A DNA stretch of 61,909 bases, filler included, from Hausera hauseri (lineage: Eukaryota): the NCBI GenBank assembly GCA_046269625.1. It is 11 parts of 11 records of this genome, joined end to end, with 100 filler letters (N's around TTAATTAATTAA, not from the genome) between each part and the next. Parts side by side here need not be neighbours in the genome. Positions count along the whole stretch, not along the records: positions 23,681 to 27,845 come from JBJURY010726324.1; positions 27,946 to 32,047 come from JBJURY010761429.1; positions 32,148 to 39,798 come from JBJURY010003124.1; 8 more parts are not named here. One strand, 5' to 3'. The translations under genes and the position numbers were made by a program. Below are positions 25,590-38,709 of the stretch, one piece after another (position 1 is the first letter of the stretch; each line of letters starts with the position of its first letter). The notes beneath the pieces are model-generated. The model was not told the origin of the DNA, did not search any database, and saw nothing but the letters and a program-made list of their open reading frames with translations.

Positions 25590-27080
25590 GGGTCGGATTG
25601 AATTGTGATTTTTTATTTTTGGATTTAGGGTGATTAATATTAAAGAACCCTAACAAGATACATTTTTCACGTTAAAAAAAGAAACTTACTGAAACAAAGA
25701 TATTAATTCACCCAAATTTTTCAAAAGAATTTTTCATCCATACTGACTCTTCCGGCACCGGTCTAGGGGCAGTCCTTGATCAAAAGAGGGCACGTGAGGA
25801 ATTCGATCATGAAATAATGTACACTAGTCCAGTATTAACTGATGCAGAAAGGAATTATGCAGTAATGGAGAAGAAAATGGTTGCAGTAATTTTCACAGTA
25901 AGATCACAATTCTTATAGATCATGCACCACTGCAATTCGTAACTAAGAAGGATCCATTTGTAAGATTAAAACGTTGGTAATTACATTCTCAGCCTTATGA
26001 TATCACATTTGTCTATAGACCTAGAAAAAAATAATATAGTTGCATTAGGAAGAAGAAATTAACAACAATTTGGGTCCGTACATTTAAGAAATCTTGCGTC
26101 AATGGTAAAAGAATTTACAAGAGAAACAATGGACGAGGAATTGAAACAAATAGCTGATCAGCAGAAATGCGATCCGGAAGTAAAATTTATCCGTAAGTAT
26201 GCTAGAACTAAAAATATGACTGAAGCTTCTCAAGATTTGAAAAAAACATTTGCTAATGCAAGGAGCAAGGTATCTGGTAGTTAATGTTGTATTGAGATAC
26301 TTATATAAAGACCGGCAACTAATAGTAATTCCGGAAAATAGGAAGCATGAGATACTGAAGCAAGAGTATAACAAGAGTATAAGTAGCAAAGAAAACTCTT
26401 AGGAGAATTAACAGAAAATGTTATCGGAGAACAATGAAAGAAGATGTCGAAAACTGGTGCCAAAAGTGTAACATATTTGAAAGAAGAAGAAGTAGAGGAT
26501 ATAAGTATAAACCACCATTCTGTCCAATCCCAGCCACATCCACTCCGATGGAATTTGTAACTATAAACATGGCAGGCCCTTTGCTTAAAACCACAAGCGG
26601 AAATAAGTATATTATGGTAATAGTGGATTACCCTACGAGGTACCCGGAAGCATTTGCAATGTCCAATATGACGGCTGACTCGTTCTTCGTAGGCGAAATT
26701 ATATTTCGATACGGAGTCCCAAGGAAATAACTAACGAATGAAGGAAAATCTTTGTTAATAAGATGTTCCAAGAGATGTGTAATATTTTTCAATAACTAAG
26801 ATGTAAACTGCTGCATACCATCCACAGACATATGGAGTGGTAGAAAAAAATGAATGCCACAATGTTAAATGTATTATCCATCGTAACAAATGAAAGACAC
26901 GACAATTGTGACCAATTTGTTCCAGCTTTCATGTTCGCCATAAGAAACAAAGCAACAATGCAACCACCTTTTGCATTCATGTTTGGACTGGAACCGTTAT
27001 TGGCAACGGATTTGCAAGGATGCCAGTCAACGTTTTGTGTATCAGGAAGAAGTAGAAAATATTTGAATATCAAGAGATAA
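25590..27080 (+). mobile_element. Heavily decayed gypsy RNase H-integrase fragment
   Basis: FFIHTDSSGTGLGAVLDQ; DAERNYAVMEK; PMEFVTINMAGPLLKTTSGNKYIMVIVDYPTRYPEAF; TAAYHPQTYGVVEK. Confidence 0.85.
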
Positions 27081-28097
27081 GAATGTTGGAGCATACAGAA
27101 GAATTTATTGAATTACTGGAGCAAGCCTCACTACTAATATTGTATACAAATCCAAGAAGAGTGGTAATCATAGTATTTCCTGATCCCACAATGTGTCAAC
27201 TACAAGATAGCAATTAAAGGCTATAATCGTCGACTTACAACCCAGCACCTCTATTACACCTAACACGTTATAGCATTGGCATTTTGCTATTGCATCCATC
27301 TCGGAGTCGGACGACAAGAAAATCCTTCTCTTAGCGGGTTCCATGGTGGTCCGACAATCATATGTAAAATATCTGTGCCTGTATTTACGACATTTATCGG
27401 AATGATCATCCTACTCAAAGTTCGGTCACTAAAATTCATCATTGTGTAATTTGTACGACAAGCCAACTTCAGCAAATTAATGAAAATTATTGGTTCAACA
27501 AATTACTATGAATTTCCGATTTCCTTTCTTCAAAATTTTATTATTATAAAAATTAGGCAACAAGATGAAGCACCCGACATTTACTTTGATTATTCAATAA
27601 TTCGTAATTAATTTAAAACATTTTATTCAACTTCCAGCATTAATTTCCTAATTGGGTACTGCATTGGGATTTCTATTTTGTCCGTCCATATAATTTTTTG
27701 GAGTCAACGATGAAGGTTTCATGGGAAATTAAAAGTATTCTGCACCGATTTGAGTGTAGCAGCAATATCATCATATAGGAATTGAATTGGTTCTTTTTCA
27801 CGTTCAGAGGAATCGTCACTATAACTTCTATTACAATCCAAAAGTNNNNNNNNNNNNNNNNNNNNNNNNNNNNNNNNNNNNNNNNNNNNTTAATTAATTA
27901 ANNNNNNNNNNNNNNNNNNNNNNNNNNNNNNNNNNNNNNNNNNNNTGACAAATCTAAACTTTTATCAATCTCACAACCCTCATCAAAATAGAGTGGAATC
28001 TTTTTATCGTCGTCTTCCATGGGAGTAATATTTGAATGTGCATGGAAATGGTATTTATATTTTGTTGTTCTTATGCAGCGTACATTATTTTCACTCA

Positions 28098-28549
28098 CTA
28101 AAACATGTGGTTTTTAATTTGATTAATAATGTATGTATAGTCCACTGCCCGTATACGGAGTACAACAATTTTTCCACTGCTTAACGCATCGACACAAAAT
28201 GGGCAAAATAATGTCAGCCTCAGTTCAAAAAACAGTTCGGTTCATACGTACAATCAATGGCCATTGATAATTTGTACAGATTGATTGATGGACAGTCTAA
28301 CTGTGTCGTTACCGTTATTGATTGTATTTGGTCAATGATAATTCCGAATTGTAGTAGTTTACTGTTACCGTTGTCAGCTGTGATTGGTTTGCGACAACCC
28401 ATAATACGGCACTTTCCCGAATAAAATATGATGCATGTAAAATCCGGTGGACACTTGAGGACATACTGCCTCGGATTTTATTGATTAATAGGTAGGGTAT
28501 TAATGTCACACTCGGCAGCATGTCCGCGATAGTTGATATTAGCTAACAT
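28098..28549 (-). pseudogene. Polinton-encoded minimal TBP-like protein (~150 aa; one stop, one frameshift)
   Basis: MLANINYRG..QYVLKCPPDFTCIIFYSGKCRIMGCRK (repeat 1, IF.SGK..+G), then IQSITVTTQLDCPSINLYKLS..YEP/ELFFELRLTLFCPFCVDALSSGKIVVL (repeat 2). Aligns with 12422-12712. Confidence 0.78.
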
Positions 28550-28575
28550 TATAGAAACAGTGTTTACATTATAGC

Positions 28576-28606
28576 TATTTATATGCGTGTAACACGATTA
28601 TAAACA
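28576..28606. promoter_or_regulatory. Back-to-back TATA boxes of a divergent promoter (TBP-like gene and ATPase)
   Basis: TATAAATA on minus (28576-28583) lies 26 nt before the TBP-like ATG. TATAAACA on plus (28599-28606) lies 36 nt before the ATPase ATG at 28643. Confidence 0.55.
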
Positions 28607-28642
28607 AATCATATGAGGAAAGGTTGTATTATTATTATTTAG

Positions 28643-29295
28643 ATGAAGCTGCAAAATGATGCAATTTTCCAGATTGCAGGCCCCAGTGTAAGTGGTAAAA
28701 CACACTTTTTGTGTAAACTATTGCAGAACTACCGTGATATGTTCCATTAACCACCGTACAATCACATATTCGCATCAGGCTGTTGGTGATGATGGTGAGT
28801 CCGGTTTGACACATCGGAATTTTGAAAATTAAAATCGATAACGGTAATTGATGGGTTTGATGAGAACTGGCCTGAGAAATTACGCAATGGTGACGTTATT
28901 GTCATTGAAGATATATTTCAGGAAGCCGCGAAACAATTGGACTTCAACAACATGTTCCCGAAGATTGCACGACACCGTGGTGTGACGGTTATTTCATTAC
29001 GCAAAACATGTTCCATCAAGACGGACAGCATTGAACAAGAAGTCTAAACGTACACTATTTGGTGTTGTTTAAAAATCCCAATGAGCAGACTACCATTAAT
29101 TATGTTGCATGACAAGCATTTCCTCGCAACCGAGCTTACTTCATAGATGAATATCATGATGCTACGACCGAGCCACACGGATACCTTTTTATTGATTTTA
29201 CACAACAGTGTCCCGATGGCATGCGTGTAGAAAGAGATATTTTTAATAAGAAAGGTGTATGTGTCTATCTACAAATTCTAAAATCGACGACATAA
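28643..29295 (+). pseudogene. Polinton packaging ATPase
   Basis: IAGPSVSGKT Walker A; VIVIED Walker B; IARHRGVTV; LNVHYLVLFKNP; DATTEPHGYLFIDFTQ. Confidence 0.9.
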
Positions 29296-29539
29296 TTGAG
29301 ATAAAATGAAGAATTTTCGAAAACCAATTGTTATACGTAAACCTACCAAGCGGGTGTCCGGCAAGTAACGTGTATCAAAACGAACCGCTAAAGTCTAGCG
29401 ATTAATTAATTCTGTGCTTAGAACAACAACAGCAGTATCTAGACGTAAATTTCCGTCACAGTGGCAACGGCTATAAACAATTGCGTCTCGTCAGCATAAA
29501 TACGTTCAAAAATGCGATTCAAACGTAGTCAGCCGTAAT

Positions 29540-29829
29540 TTATTGCTTTGCTCAAGGCACCAACGAGACATAAGCGAAACATGCTACAATCATTTCCGCA
29601 ATTTGTTGAGGACGATTTGATGGAAATTTTTTACAATATCGTTGTGGGTTGCGTTGATATTGGTAGTGGAAAGTGGAATTTCCTAAAGTATTGAAAACGA
29701 CTCATTGACCTTGCCAACGCTCGTAGTAAACGCTCGTAGGTCATGTATCAGCAAGATGGCGGATTCCTTCGTGCAATTCTATTGATTGCCACGTCATTAA
29801 TGGGTAGACTCTTTGGTGGAACAGTTTAA
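29540..29829 (+). pseudogene. Polinton small protein ending in QDGGFL plus an amphipathic tail
   Basis: YQQDGGFLRAILLIATSLMGRLFGGTV* carries an adenain-type xGG|F cleavage signature. Confidence 0.6.
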
Positions 29830-29867
29830 TATAAACAATGACGGTAAGTATATAGTGATTTAGCGAT

Positions 29868-31012
29868 ATGGATGCATGGTATAACTTATTTTGTCCCAGT
29901 TTACTGAATATTTCATTAACGGTTCTTTATAATTGCTGTAGTGCTAACAAAAACGACATCATCGACTACATCGACGATAACGACGGGCGACGTGTGGTGC
30001 GATCCGCGTCATCACGTCGGGTATACTGGCGTCGACAAACTGGCAAAGACTGTTAAACAGATTCGACAACAAACCGAACGTTGGCTCAGGAAACAGTTAG
30101 CATACAGCCTAAACAAACCTATAAGAAGGCGGTTTCCAACTCATGCATATCGTGCTGCCGGTATAAATAACGTATTGCAAATGGATCATGTGGAAATGAT
30201 TCCGTACGCCAGAATCAACGATGGGTATCGGTACGTGCTGATATTTATTGATGTGTTTAGTCGTTTTTCATGTGCAATTGCTGCGAAACCTAAACCCGAT
30301 AAAAAGATTGCCAAGGCTGTTTAGATACTGATACAACAACAACAGCAGCTAAAGCATTTACAAATGGATTTGGGTAAGGAATTCTACAACGCTCACATTT
30401 CAGCAGTCTTAAAACGCTTTGGCGTAAACCACTACTCGGTGTTTTTCTAATACAAGGCTGCACTCGTCTAACAATTTAATCGAACATTGCGTGGTCGCCT
30501 AAACAAATTCTTTACGAAGCAAGGCAACAAACGCTGAGTAGATGTACAGACGGTTATTATTCATGCATACAATCATTCGACACACCGTGAAATCAACGGA
30601 ATGAGCTTGGTTGACGTAATCGATGATTTAAACATGTGGCTTTATCACAAACGAACAAAACTACAGGCAATTAAATGCCAAAAATATAAAATCGGAGCTT
30701 ACGCACTTATTTCCAAAATAAGTACAAAGCCACTCGTTAAGAATTTTAATCAGAACTACGGCGACGAGGTTTTCCGCATTTCGAAAATCAACACAAAACA
30801 AACACATATCAGACGTTTTAGAGGATGAAAACGGTGAAGAAATACGCGGTAAATTCTACAAACAGGAATTGCAGGTACTGCCCGAGAAACTCGATGCTTA
30901 TCGTATTCAGAAAATTCTACGTTCACCTGTCAAAGGTTCAAATAAACATTATCTCATCAAGTGGCACGGATGCAATGCACCGAGTTGGATTTTTTCATCA
31001 CAGATTCAATGA
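29868..31012 (+). pseudogene. Polinton integrase with C-terminal chromodomain
   Basis: LQMDHVEM..IDVFSRF; LQMDLGKEFYN; GEEIRGKFYKQEL; YRIQKILR..HYLIKWHG..SWI. Confidence 0.92.
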
Positions 31013-32047
31013 GCAGTAGCATTTACTTGGTACTTGATAGTAAAAGATCAATATCACAACATGACGACAATGACAATACTGCTAAACAATTTACCATGCA
31101 CTTGGACCAACTGGTCGATTTACGCCAAGGAGCTTGGGAAGTGGCTTTGACGGAATTCACATTTACATTTTCACCAATGATTACGTCAGAACAGTTGTAT
31201 TTACTTTACTCGACAAGAAACGTACCCTATTTCAAGTCGCTTGCGGACAATCCGACACAATAACCGATATATTCTTCGCAATTATTCGCGACAACATTTC
31301 TCGGTTTAGGCTTATTTTTCAAACTACTGTATGAAAGTAATGCATGGAAATCCCATTGAAATGCAGTTTAAATCTATAACTGATGCGCAGGCATGGAGTT
31401 TTCAATCAGTCAATGTACACTAAAAACGTCTACGTCTAGGTGGACATGTTATAATTAATGAAAAATTGGACCTTTCATCCAATGAGGAATCCCATATTAT
31501 AGTAAAGTGGACTAAGTCAAAATCAATCTTTCGCTCATATATTATACCACATGATTTATTAATGGAAACGAAACTGGAATTGTGTGAATACGTCAAGAAA
31601 ACGGCTACACTAGCTGCAAAGGCATGCGAAATAAACGCAGATCGTAATATTTCGCTTACACTACGTGACAATGTAACATATTTTGCCTTTGATAAATTAT
31701 TGTTTCGGAATTTGGGTTTTCCAAAACGCGAAGTCTATCAAGCCATTATTGGATAATCTATTGTTGCTAAATACAAACCACAACTCTCTGGAGCATTTCG
31801 TAGACTGAAAATTTAACGGACTTAACCGAATCCATACTCGTTGGTGGAGAACGTAAACAACTACTGACGTCTATCGAAGTGGATTCTGACACGTACAAAA
31901 CATAGGGTAAAACTGTTCGAGCTAATATTTTCATACATATGTATTTATCATTGTCTCCCAATATTGTGCACAGTATTTCCGTAAATATGCTAGATGAATT
32001 TTGGGATCCCATTAAATTTCTGTTTGGGTCAACGACATATTTATCGT
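31009..32047 (+). pseudogene. Polinton minor capsid (penton) protein
   Basis: IYLVLDSKRS..NTAKQFTMHLDQLVDL..WEVALTEF at the N-terminus and DLTESILVGG..LL..YLSL..ISVNMLDE..IKFLFG at the C-terminus. Confidence 0.85.
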
Positions 32048-32617
32048 NNNNNNNNNNNNNNNNNNNNNNNNNNNNNNNNNNNNNNNNNNNNTTAATTAAT
32101 TAANNNNNNNNNNNNNNNNNNNNNNNNNNNNNNNNNNNNNNNNNNNNATCCGCTGACTGCTACGTTGGAATGTTGGCATCACCAATCTGATCACCTTTGA
32201 CAAAATCTTCCACAAACCGTGTTTGACGTTGACTGTCATCCATCTCATAGTAATCCGCTAATTTCTGATAAGTGCGAAAAATCTGGTCGAATACCGTGTC
32301 ATGTCACCAACAACCTGCTTCATATGTCGTATATGAGGTTCTCGAACCGTCCAATTCTCCTTAGCACGCAGAAGTATTTCTTCGGGCAAACAGTATCATG
32401 CATCATGTAAAGGTCGATCAAGATGGTAAAGGTGACTCCGGAGACCGTCGAAGGAGTGATACAAACGAATGAGTTCTGATAAATTAGACATGTCGTAATG
32501 TCATGCCGTAACGAAGCATAAGTATTTATACTGAAATGTATCAACAACAACAAAGACACGCAAAATAAATTATATTGATTCACGAAAACAAATGCAACAA
32601 AATATGCACAAATGTAA

Positions 32618-32896
32618 TTAAATACGGTCAATCAACTTTCTCATTACCATATAAAGCGATGCAGAAAATACAAATCCAATGATGCAATTAATCCGCTTTT
32701 GTCGTTGTTGTCGTTTTCGTCTCATTTCATCCTCGATACGTTTTACGAATAGAGATCTGACTATTAATTCAATATATTCTCGCCTGCTCATTATTCTCGT
32801 TTCTGTGAACTCACATAAAAACTGTACAACAAACACATATCCAGTCATTATGTCATCGGTCAATCTTTGAATCTCACTTTCAATATACTGTTCCAT
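32618..32896 (-). CDS. Small helical tail-anchored protein, possibly Bcl-2-like
   Basis: MEQYIE..LTDDIMTGYVFVVQFLCEF..RRKRQQRQKR followed by C-terminal TM INCIIGFVFSASLYMVMRK. TATAAACA upstream. Confidence 0.4.
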   Translation of the reverse strand: MEQYIESEIQRLTDDIMTGYVFVVQFLCEFTETRIMSRREYIELIVRSLFVKRIEDEMRRKRQQRQKRINCIIGFVFSASLYMVMRKLIDRI

Positions 32897-33083
32897 TAGA
32901 TTAGTAGTAGTAGTAGTAGAAGTATGAGAACAAATGTTTATAACAGAGTAAGGCAATTTCACAGTCCATTGGGGTTATGTTTAATGTTTAATTTTACGAG
33001 TTTGTATTTTAATTTATTTTATTTTTAATTTTAATTTATTTTAAATGTTAATTTGTTTAAATTTAGAAATGTAAGCAATATCC

Positions 33084-36000
33084 CATGTATTGCGTCTCGC
33101 GCATACATGTAAAGGATCATTGTCATCATCAGATGGAGAAATATTACAACGCAGGACGAAAGGACACGTAATAGTGTCCAGCGTGTAATATTCCAATCCT
33201 CTGTCCGTACCCCGATTTTTATGAAATGCACAGGCATCATCTTGGTCCGTTTACACGATCTAAGAAGATGATCATGAATTTGCATTGCTCCGTATACCCA
33301 CGGTACTTTAATAGTACAACAGTGCATGACTTTGATAATTGTCATAGTAGAATGGAGAGTACTATGGCGTCACAGTGGTGCACGGTAAACCGGCCTATGT
33401 TTGTTCCGGTTGTTCTATAGTTGAAGCACAAATCAACTATGAACAATTTTATAATAAGCACAAGGACCACTTGAACCAATTTCAGCGGTCCAAAAAGCAA
33501 ATAGTAATAAGCATTGCCCCACGTACCCACACTACTGCAATAATAAAGTGCACACGTTAGTGGTTGTCATAGTTCAGTGGAGCAGTACTATGGCACCACA
33601 ATGAACGGGCCTACGTTTGTCCCGGTTGTTCGATAGTTGAAACTCAAATCAACTATGAACAATTTTATAATCTGTACAAGGACCACTTAAACCAGTTTAA
33701 GCGGACTCAAATACAAGCAGCATGCCATCAACAACAACCAGTAGGAAATATCAGGTCTTAGCCAGTCTTGACTACTTAATCGGAAGCTGTACAGAGCAGC
33801 AGCAGCAACAGGAGCAGCAGGAATAGCATCATCAGCAACAACAACAAGAACAGGAGGTCAATATTCCCATTACAGTCAAGTACGATCTGAACAGATCGTA
33901 CGTAGACATAAATGTGAACATGTCGGCGAAAACAACAACTCAACTGAGACATTTTCCCCAAAATGTGCTTAACTGGTTGGAATCCGAAGTGGAGAAATTC
34001 AAACATCATTGCAAAATGCAATATTGCAGAATTCGAAAATTTGGAAGGTGACAGGAAACAATGGTACCTGTCACATCGAGCCAAACTGTATTCCGACTAT
34101 TTTGTTGCCGATGTAGGCGAAAAGCTCGACGAAAAAATCGCCAAATATCCCGAAAAGGGTAGTTGCTTGCAAATTATAAAAATTGTCACTTTCGGCTTTA
34201 TCATAACAAGGTCGAGTAATATAATTTACCTGTTCGGACGATCATTCATACCGACACCTACAGCTCTAAAGCACTGTTATGCGGTATTGAATGTAAAAAT
34301 ACCGACGACGACGAATACTGTTTCATTTACAGTATTCTGGCCGTATTAAAATATGACAAAGTAGGTAGACATAGTGCATATCGTCCAAATCAGTATCCGA
34401 AGTATTTTTCCGAATTGGACTTTGATGAATGTTGGATGTCGATGAAAATGAAAACCATTCCGACTTTTGAGCGGCGTAACCGGACGCTGTTAATTAACGT
34501 GTTCCGGTACAACACAATCGTAGAAATACCGGAAGACGAAGAGATTTACAAGAACCCCCATGTGGGCATAATCTATAGAAGTCGGAACCCGAATGGACGC
34601 CCAATAAATTTGTTGTTGTTAGAGCAAAAGGAGGCGGAAATTTTTCATTATGTGGCCGCGACAAATTTGTACAGACTGTTGAACATAGAACATGACCAGT
34701 TCATCGAAAAGCGTATACCTTGTAAATGGTGTCCTGTATATCTGCATGGATTCGGGTCAGAAACAACATGGGAGAAACATGTGACACTATGCAGACAAAA
34801 TTCATCGGAAACAACAACATATATCATGCTCTTCAAAAAGGAACTAAGGTTCACTGATTGGTGAAAACAAGCTGTTTGGCATATGTAGTATATGCCGATA
34901 TCGAAGCTATCTTATCAAGACACAACATATATGACCAAAAACATGTTCCAACCGCTGTCGGTATGTTGGTAGTCTCAATAAAAGCTGCAGGCCACCAACA
35001 ATATTATGTTTTTCATGGCTAGAACTGCGTACGCGATTTCCTGCACCAGTTGGAAACAATAATAGAAACGGAAATCGCACCTCGGTACAGTAGAGATAGC
35101 AATAAACCTTTTATGTGGACAGATGAAGCTGAGCGTCTGACGTTTGCAGTCACAGATGAATGTTACCTGTGCCACAAAATATTACCGTTTGATGCACAGG
35201 AACAGCTCAAACCGGATCACGACCATTTTACCGGTCGATATCTCGGAGCCGCATGTAATTCATGCAATTTGGCAAGGTGTGTGCAGCCATTCCTACTTGT
35301 GGTATTCTATAACTTCAGGGGTTATGATTGTCACCATATTTTTAAATGGGCCTTAAACAGATTTCTGCACTGAAAACTATCCATAATTCCGACTATGATG
35401 GAGAAATACCTGTCACTGTCTGATCGTATTAACCCGTTACAGGTACACTTTCTCGATTCATTGAAATTTCTCAACGAATCTCTGGTAAAGCTGGTAAATG
35501 CCTTGCCAGATGTGCCGCTAATATTGAATCAGTTCTCCACACGTATTGCACGTAGCAAAGGCATATTCCCGTATGACATTGAGATATTGTACGAGCGACT
35601 CCAGACGACAGACGATTTACCACCGCAATGGCTCGGTATCATAGAAAAAGAATATCACGAAGCACAGTCGTTTTGGGCAGAGCTCGGCTGCAGAAACCTG
35701 TTGGAATAAATGCTTTAGTATCTGAAATTGGACGTGTACTGTTAGCCGATGTGTTTCAGACATTTCGAGCTAAAGCGTTGGAAGAAGATAGGCCGGAGCC
35801 ACACAACTTTTACTCAATACCCGGAATGAGTTGGGCATCAGCTATAATGTCACTGGATCGGGATATCCAGCCATTGCAAGACCCGGAAATGTACCGAATA
35901 TTTGATGTTGGTATTTGTGGTGGCATGACATTTGTCAACAAGCATCACGTAACCAGTGATGATACGGCATCACTGTTGTATATCGACATTAATAGCCTAT

Positions 36001-37161
36001 ACGGCTGGGCGCTTTAATAACCCTTGCCGTAAGGTTCGTTGGAATGATTAGTCGACAAACAGGACCTGGACGACATAATGGAAAATCTGCCGAGAGCAGA
36101 TACAACAGAAAACAGCTCAATCGGGTACCCGATGGAAGTCGATCTCGTGGTACCAGATGAGCTGAATAATTTTCTGGATGAATTACCGGTCGCACTAATT
36201 ATCCAATGTCCGCTGGGCTCAAAGGTGAAGAAGCTGCTTATGACGCATGAACCCAAGCAAAATTACATAGTTCATTGGCGTCTGTTGCAATTTTACATCG
36301 ATCAATCCGATTAGCACAGGCTTTAACATTCAAGCCGTGCATCAGTCGGAATTCGGAAAAACGAGCTGCAGTTTGTACGAAGTTTGAAAAAGTCTATTAA
36401 AAACTGAAAAACAAATCTTTCTACGGAAAAACAGTAGAGAATCTGAAAAAGCGGCTCAATGAACGCCTATGCAATAGCGAAAAGCCGTTGGTCACATACA
36501 CGAGCAAGGCACAATTCAGGCAATCAATGTACATTGCCGATGGTTTGGTTTCCGTGCTTTTAAACAGGAAATAAGTCGTACTAAACCAGCCAAGTTATAT
36601 AGGACAAGTGGTATTTGACCTGAGCAAGTTGCGGATGTATAAGCTGCAGTATCGCGATTTGGTACGTTACCGGCAAATGTTTGGTGGATGCAAGATAAAT
36701 ATAATTGCCGGTGACACAGACAGTTTTTTCTTGGAACTGAAACACGTCAGTCGCGAACAACTAGTGCGGCAAATGATGTTAGAAGGATTACTGGATACGT
36801 CCAATTACCCACAGAATCATTCATTGTACAGCAGCTCCATCACAAACAAAATCGGTTGTTTCAAGGATGAAAGTGAAGGTCGGCCTCAGTATCCAGAGTG
36901 AATATTTCAACGGCCAAAATGTTTAAGCCTTTTAACTGACTGTGGACCGAAATTTCGCACCAAAGGAGTTCAGTTGGAGCAGACGGAAATAAACCACGGT
37001 GATTATCGCCTTATCTATGAAGAAGAAGGACAATCAAAGGCTGTTGTGTCTCAAACGATCATCCGATCAATTGAGCAGCAGCTGTATGTGGTGATCAATG
37101 CAAAAGTCGCTTTATCATGTGGAATAAGAGTTTGGCGTACCGACATTGGCGTTTTGAATAA
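33084..37161 (+). pseudogene. Protein-primed DNA polymerase B with an endonuclease-VII-like zinc insertion, heavily frameshifted
   Basis: YADIEAIL; CYLC..DHDHFTGRYLGAACNSCN; FYNFRGYDCH; FLDSLKFL; KGIFPY; YIDINSLYGWAL; KNKSFYGKTVENL; GDTDSFF; IGCFKDE; RPKC. Confidence 0.93.
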
Positions 37162-38079
37162 AACACATATGAATTCGGCACTGATGATACAGACAGATAA
37201 AAGTGACTCATTTACTGTGCCAATTCATTGTGATTTGTGTTTTGTGAATAATGCATATTGTTCGTAGTTTTGCCTCTTGTTTTATTATCATTTAATTTAT
37301 CTATATATTTAACTAAATGTTACGAGAAACAATGTGAAAAACAAAATCCATAAAATTCATTAATTATAATCTAAAATCAAAAACAAAGTAATTCAAATCA
37401 GCGTAAACTTTCCAAGCTTCCATATTGGTAATTTAACGCCGTGCAGATCCTTGTATCCTTTCAACTTCAAAGTCAGATAGCCTTTAGCTCCTTCAGGTGG
37501 CAAAACTGCTGCTGTTGCTGTTTATCCGCCATGTGAATTGACAATTTTTGCCACATTTCCTTTGAGAAAAATCGACGATGTATCTCGGATACCTCTACCC
37601 AACACCAAACCACTGTCAGCTTTTCTATTTGTGTCGTCCACTGCATCCAAATCATTGTCGCTGATCTTTTTCATCAATAGACCATATTTATCGGTTTAAT
37701 TTTGACCGTTTGCGTCAATGGCAATTGAATAGCCTTGCGCAGCTAATGTAAGTTGTATCCATTATACAAACGCAAATTTCTGAGCGAATACTCGCTGTAT
37801 CTTGGCATTTTTAAGAGACTCGCGGAACTGTCACCTGCTGAATTGTTTTCAAAAGTCATTGTTTAAAGACAAATGCAAAATGAAATTGCATCCATATTTA
37901 TATCGGATTTGTTCATACCGTTTTTTTTTCATTGTAAACAATAGATATTTACCTTGTGAGCATTGCCTCATATCCGTATGATGCATATTGTCTCATCACA
38001 ATGATACATACTAGTTAAAATTACCTCCACGTCATTGTAGCCCATGACACTGTTTCGTTCTGTTATTGAATAAGTCATT

Positions 38080-38561
38080 CGTAATAAAGGTATACAATTT
38101 CAATTATAGCAAATTTACAATCTAAACATTGGGTTCCTTTGGAACACATTTTACAAGATGGCCGCAAAAACAAGATGGCCGCACATTAGGAATACCGTAC
38201 TCACTTTTCTTTGTTTACATATTACAAACATAAGCTGATAGTGTCGTACTTTGTCCATTATTTTCTTTTTCAAGTTCTTTAATTCATTGCGTACCTTTTC
38301 TACAGCATTAAAGTAATTTGTATCATTCAGTCGGTGAATGTAAATTTGATTTAATACAATAATTAGATTTTCTATAGAACTGCAATCTGTTGTTGTTGTC
38401 GTTGTCATTAATGCTATTGACGCTAAATCTTCTTTAAATCCAAAATTGCCTGCTGCTCTCGCATCCAAATCACTATCAAGTACTTGCCACCATCGTACCA
38501 AGTCTGAAATTGCTAATCTATCAGAATTTTGCAATTGCTTCAATTTATTAACTATTTCCAT
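38080..38561 (-). pseudogene. Coiled-coil plus IAP-type RING finger protein
   Basis: QLMFVICKQRKVSTVFLMCGHLV is a decayed C3HC4 of the IAP/Mdm2 class (C..C....+FLPCGHL). Confidence 0.65.
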
Positions 38562-38709
38562 GATGATTAATATTATTATTATAACCTACCCGTATTTATA
38601 GTTTTTGAATTATTCAACTGACCAATACGGCTAAAGATGTCACGGACCTTATTTACAGAAAGAAAGAAAGAAACAGCGAAATACATTTATTTATTTGCAT
38701 GAAATTTAG

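Larger units (their letters stand above)
27946..32047. mobile_element. Decayed Polinton/adintovirus-like fragment: TBP-like gene on minus; ATPase, small proteins, integrase and minor capsid on plus
   Basis: Canonical Polinton core genes in typical order. Confidence 0.92.

Noticed and set aside
28315-28521. ORF-track protein MLPSVTLIPY..
   Set aside because: It is an alternative frame of the disrupted TBP-like gene, which starts at 28549.
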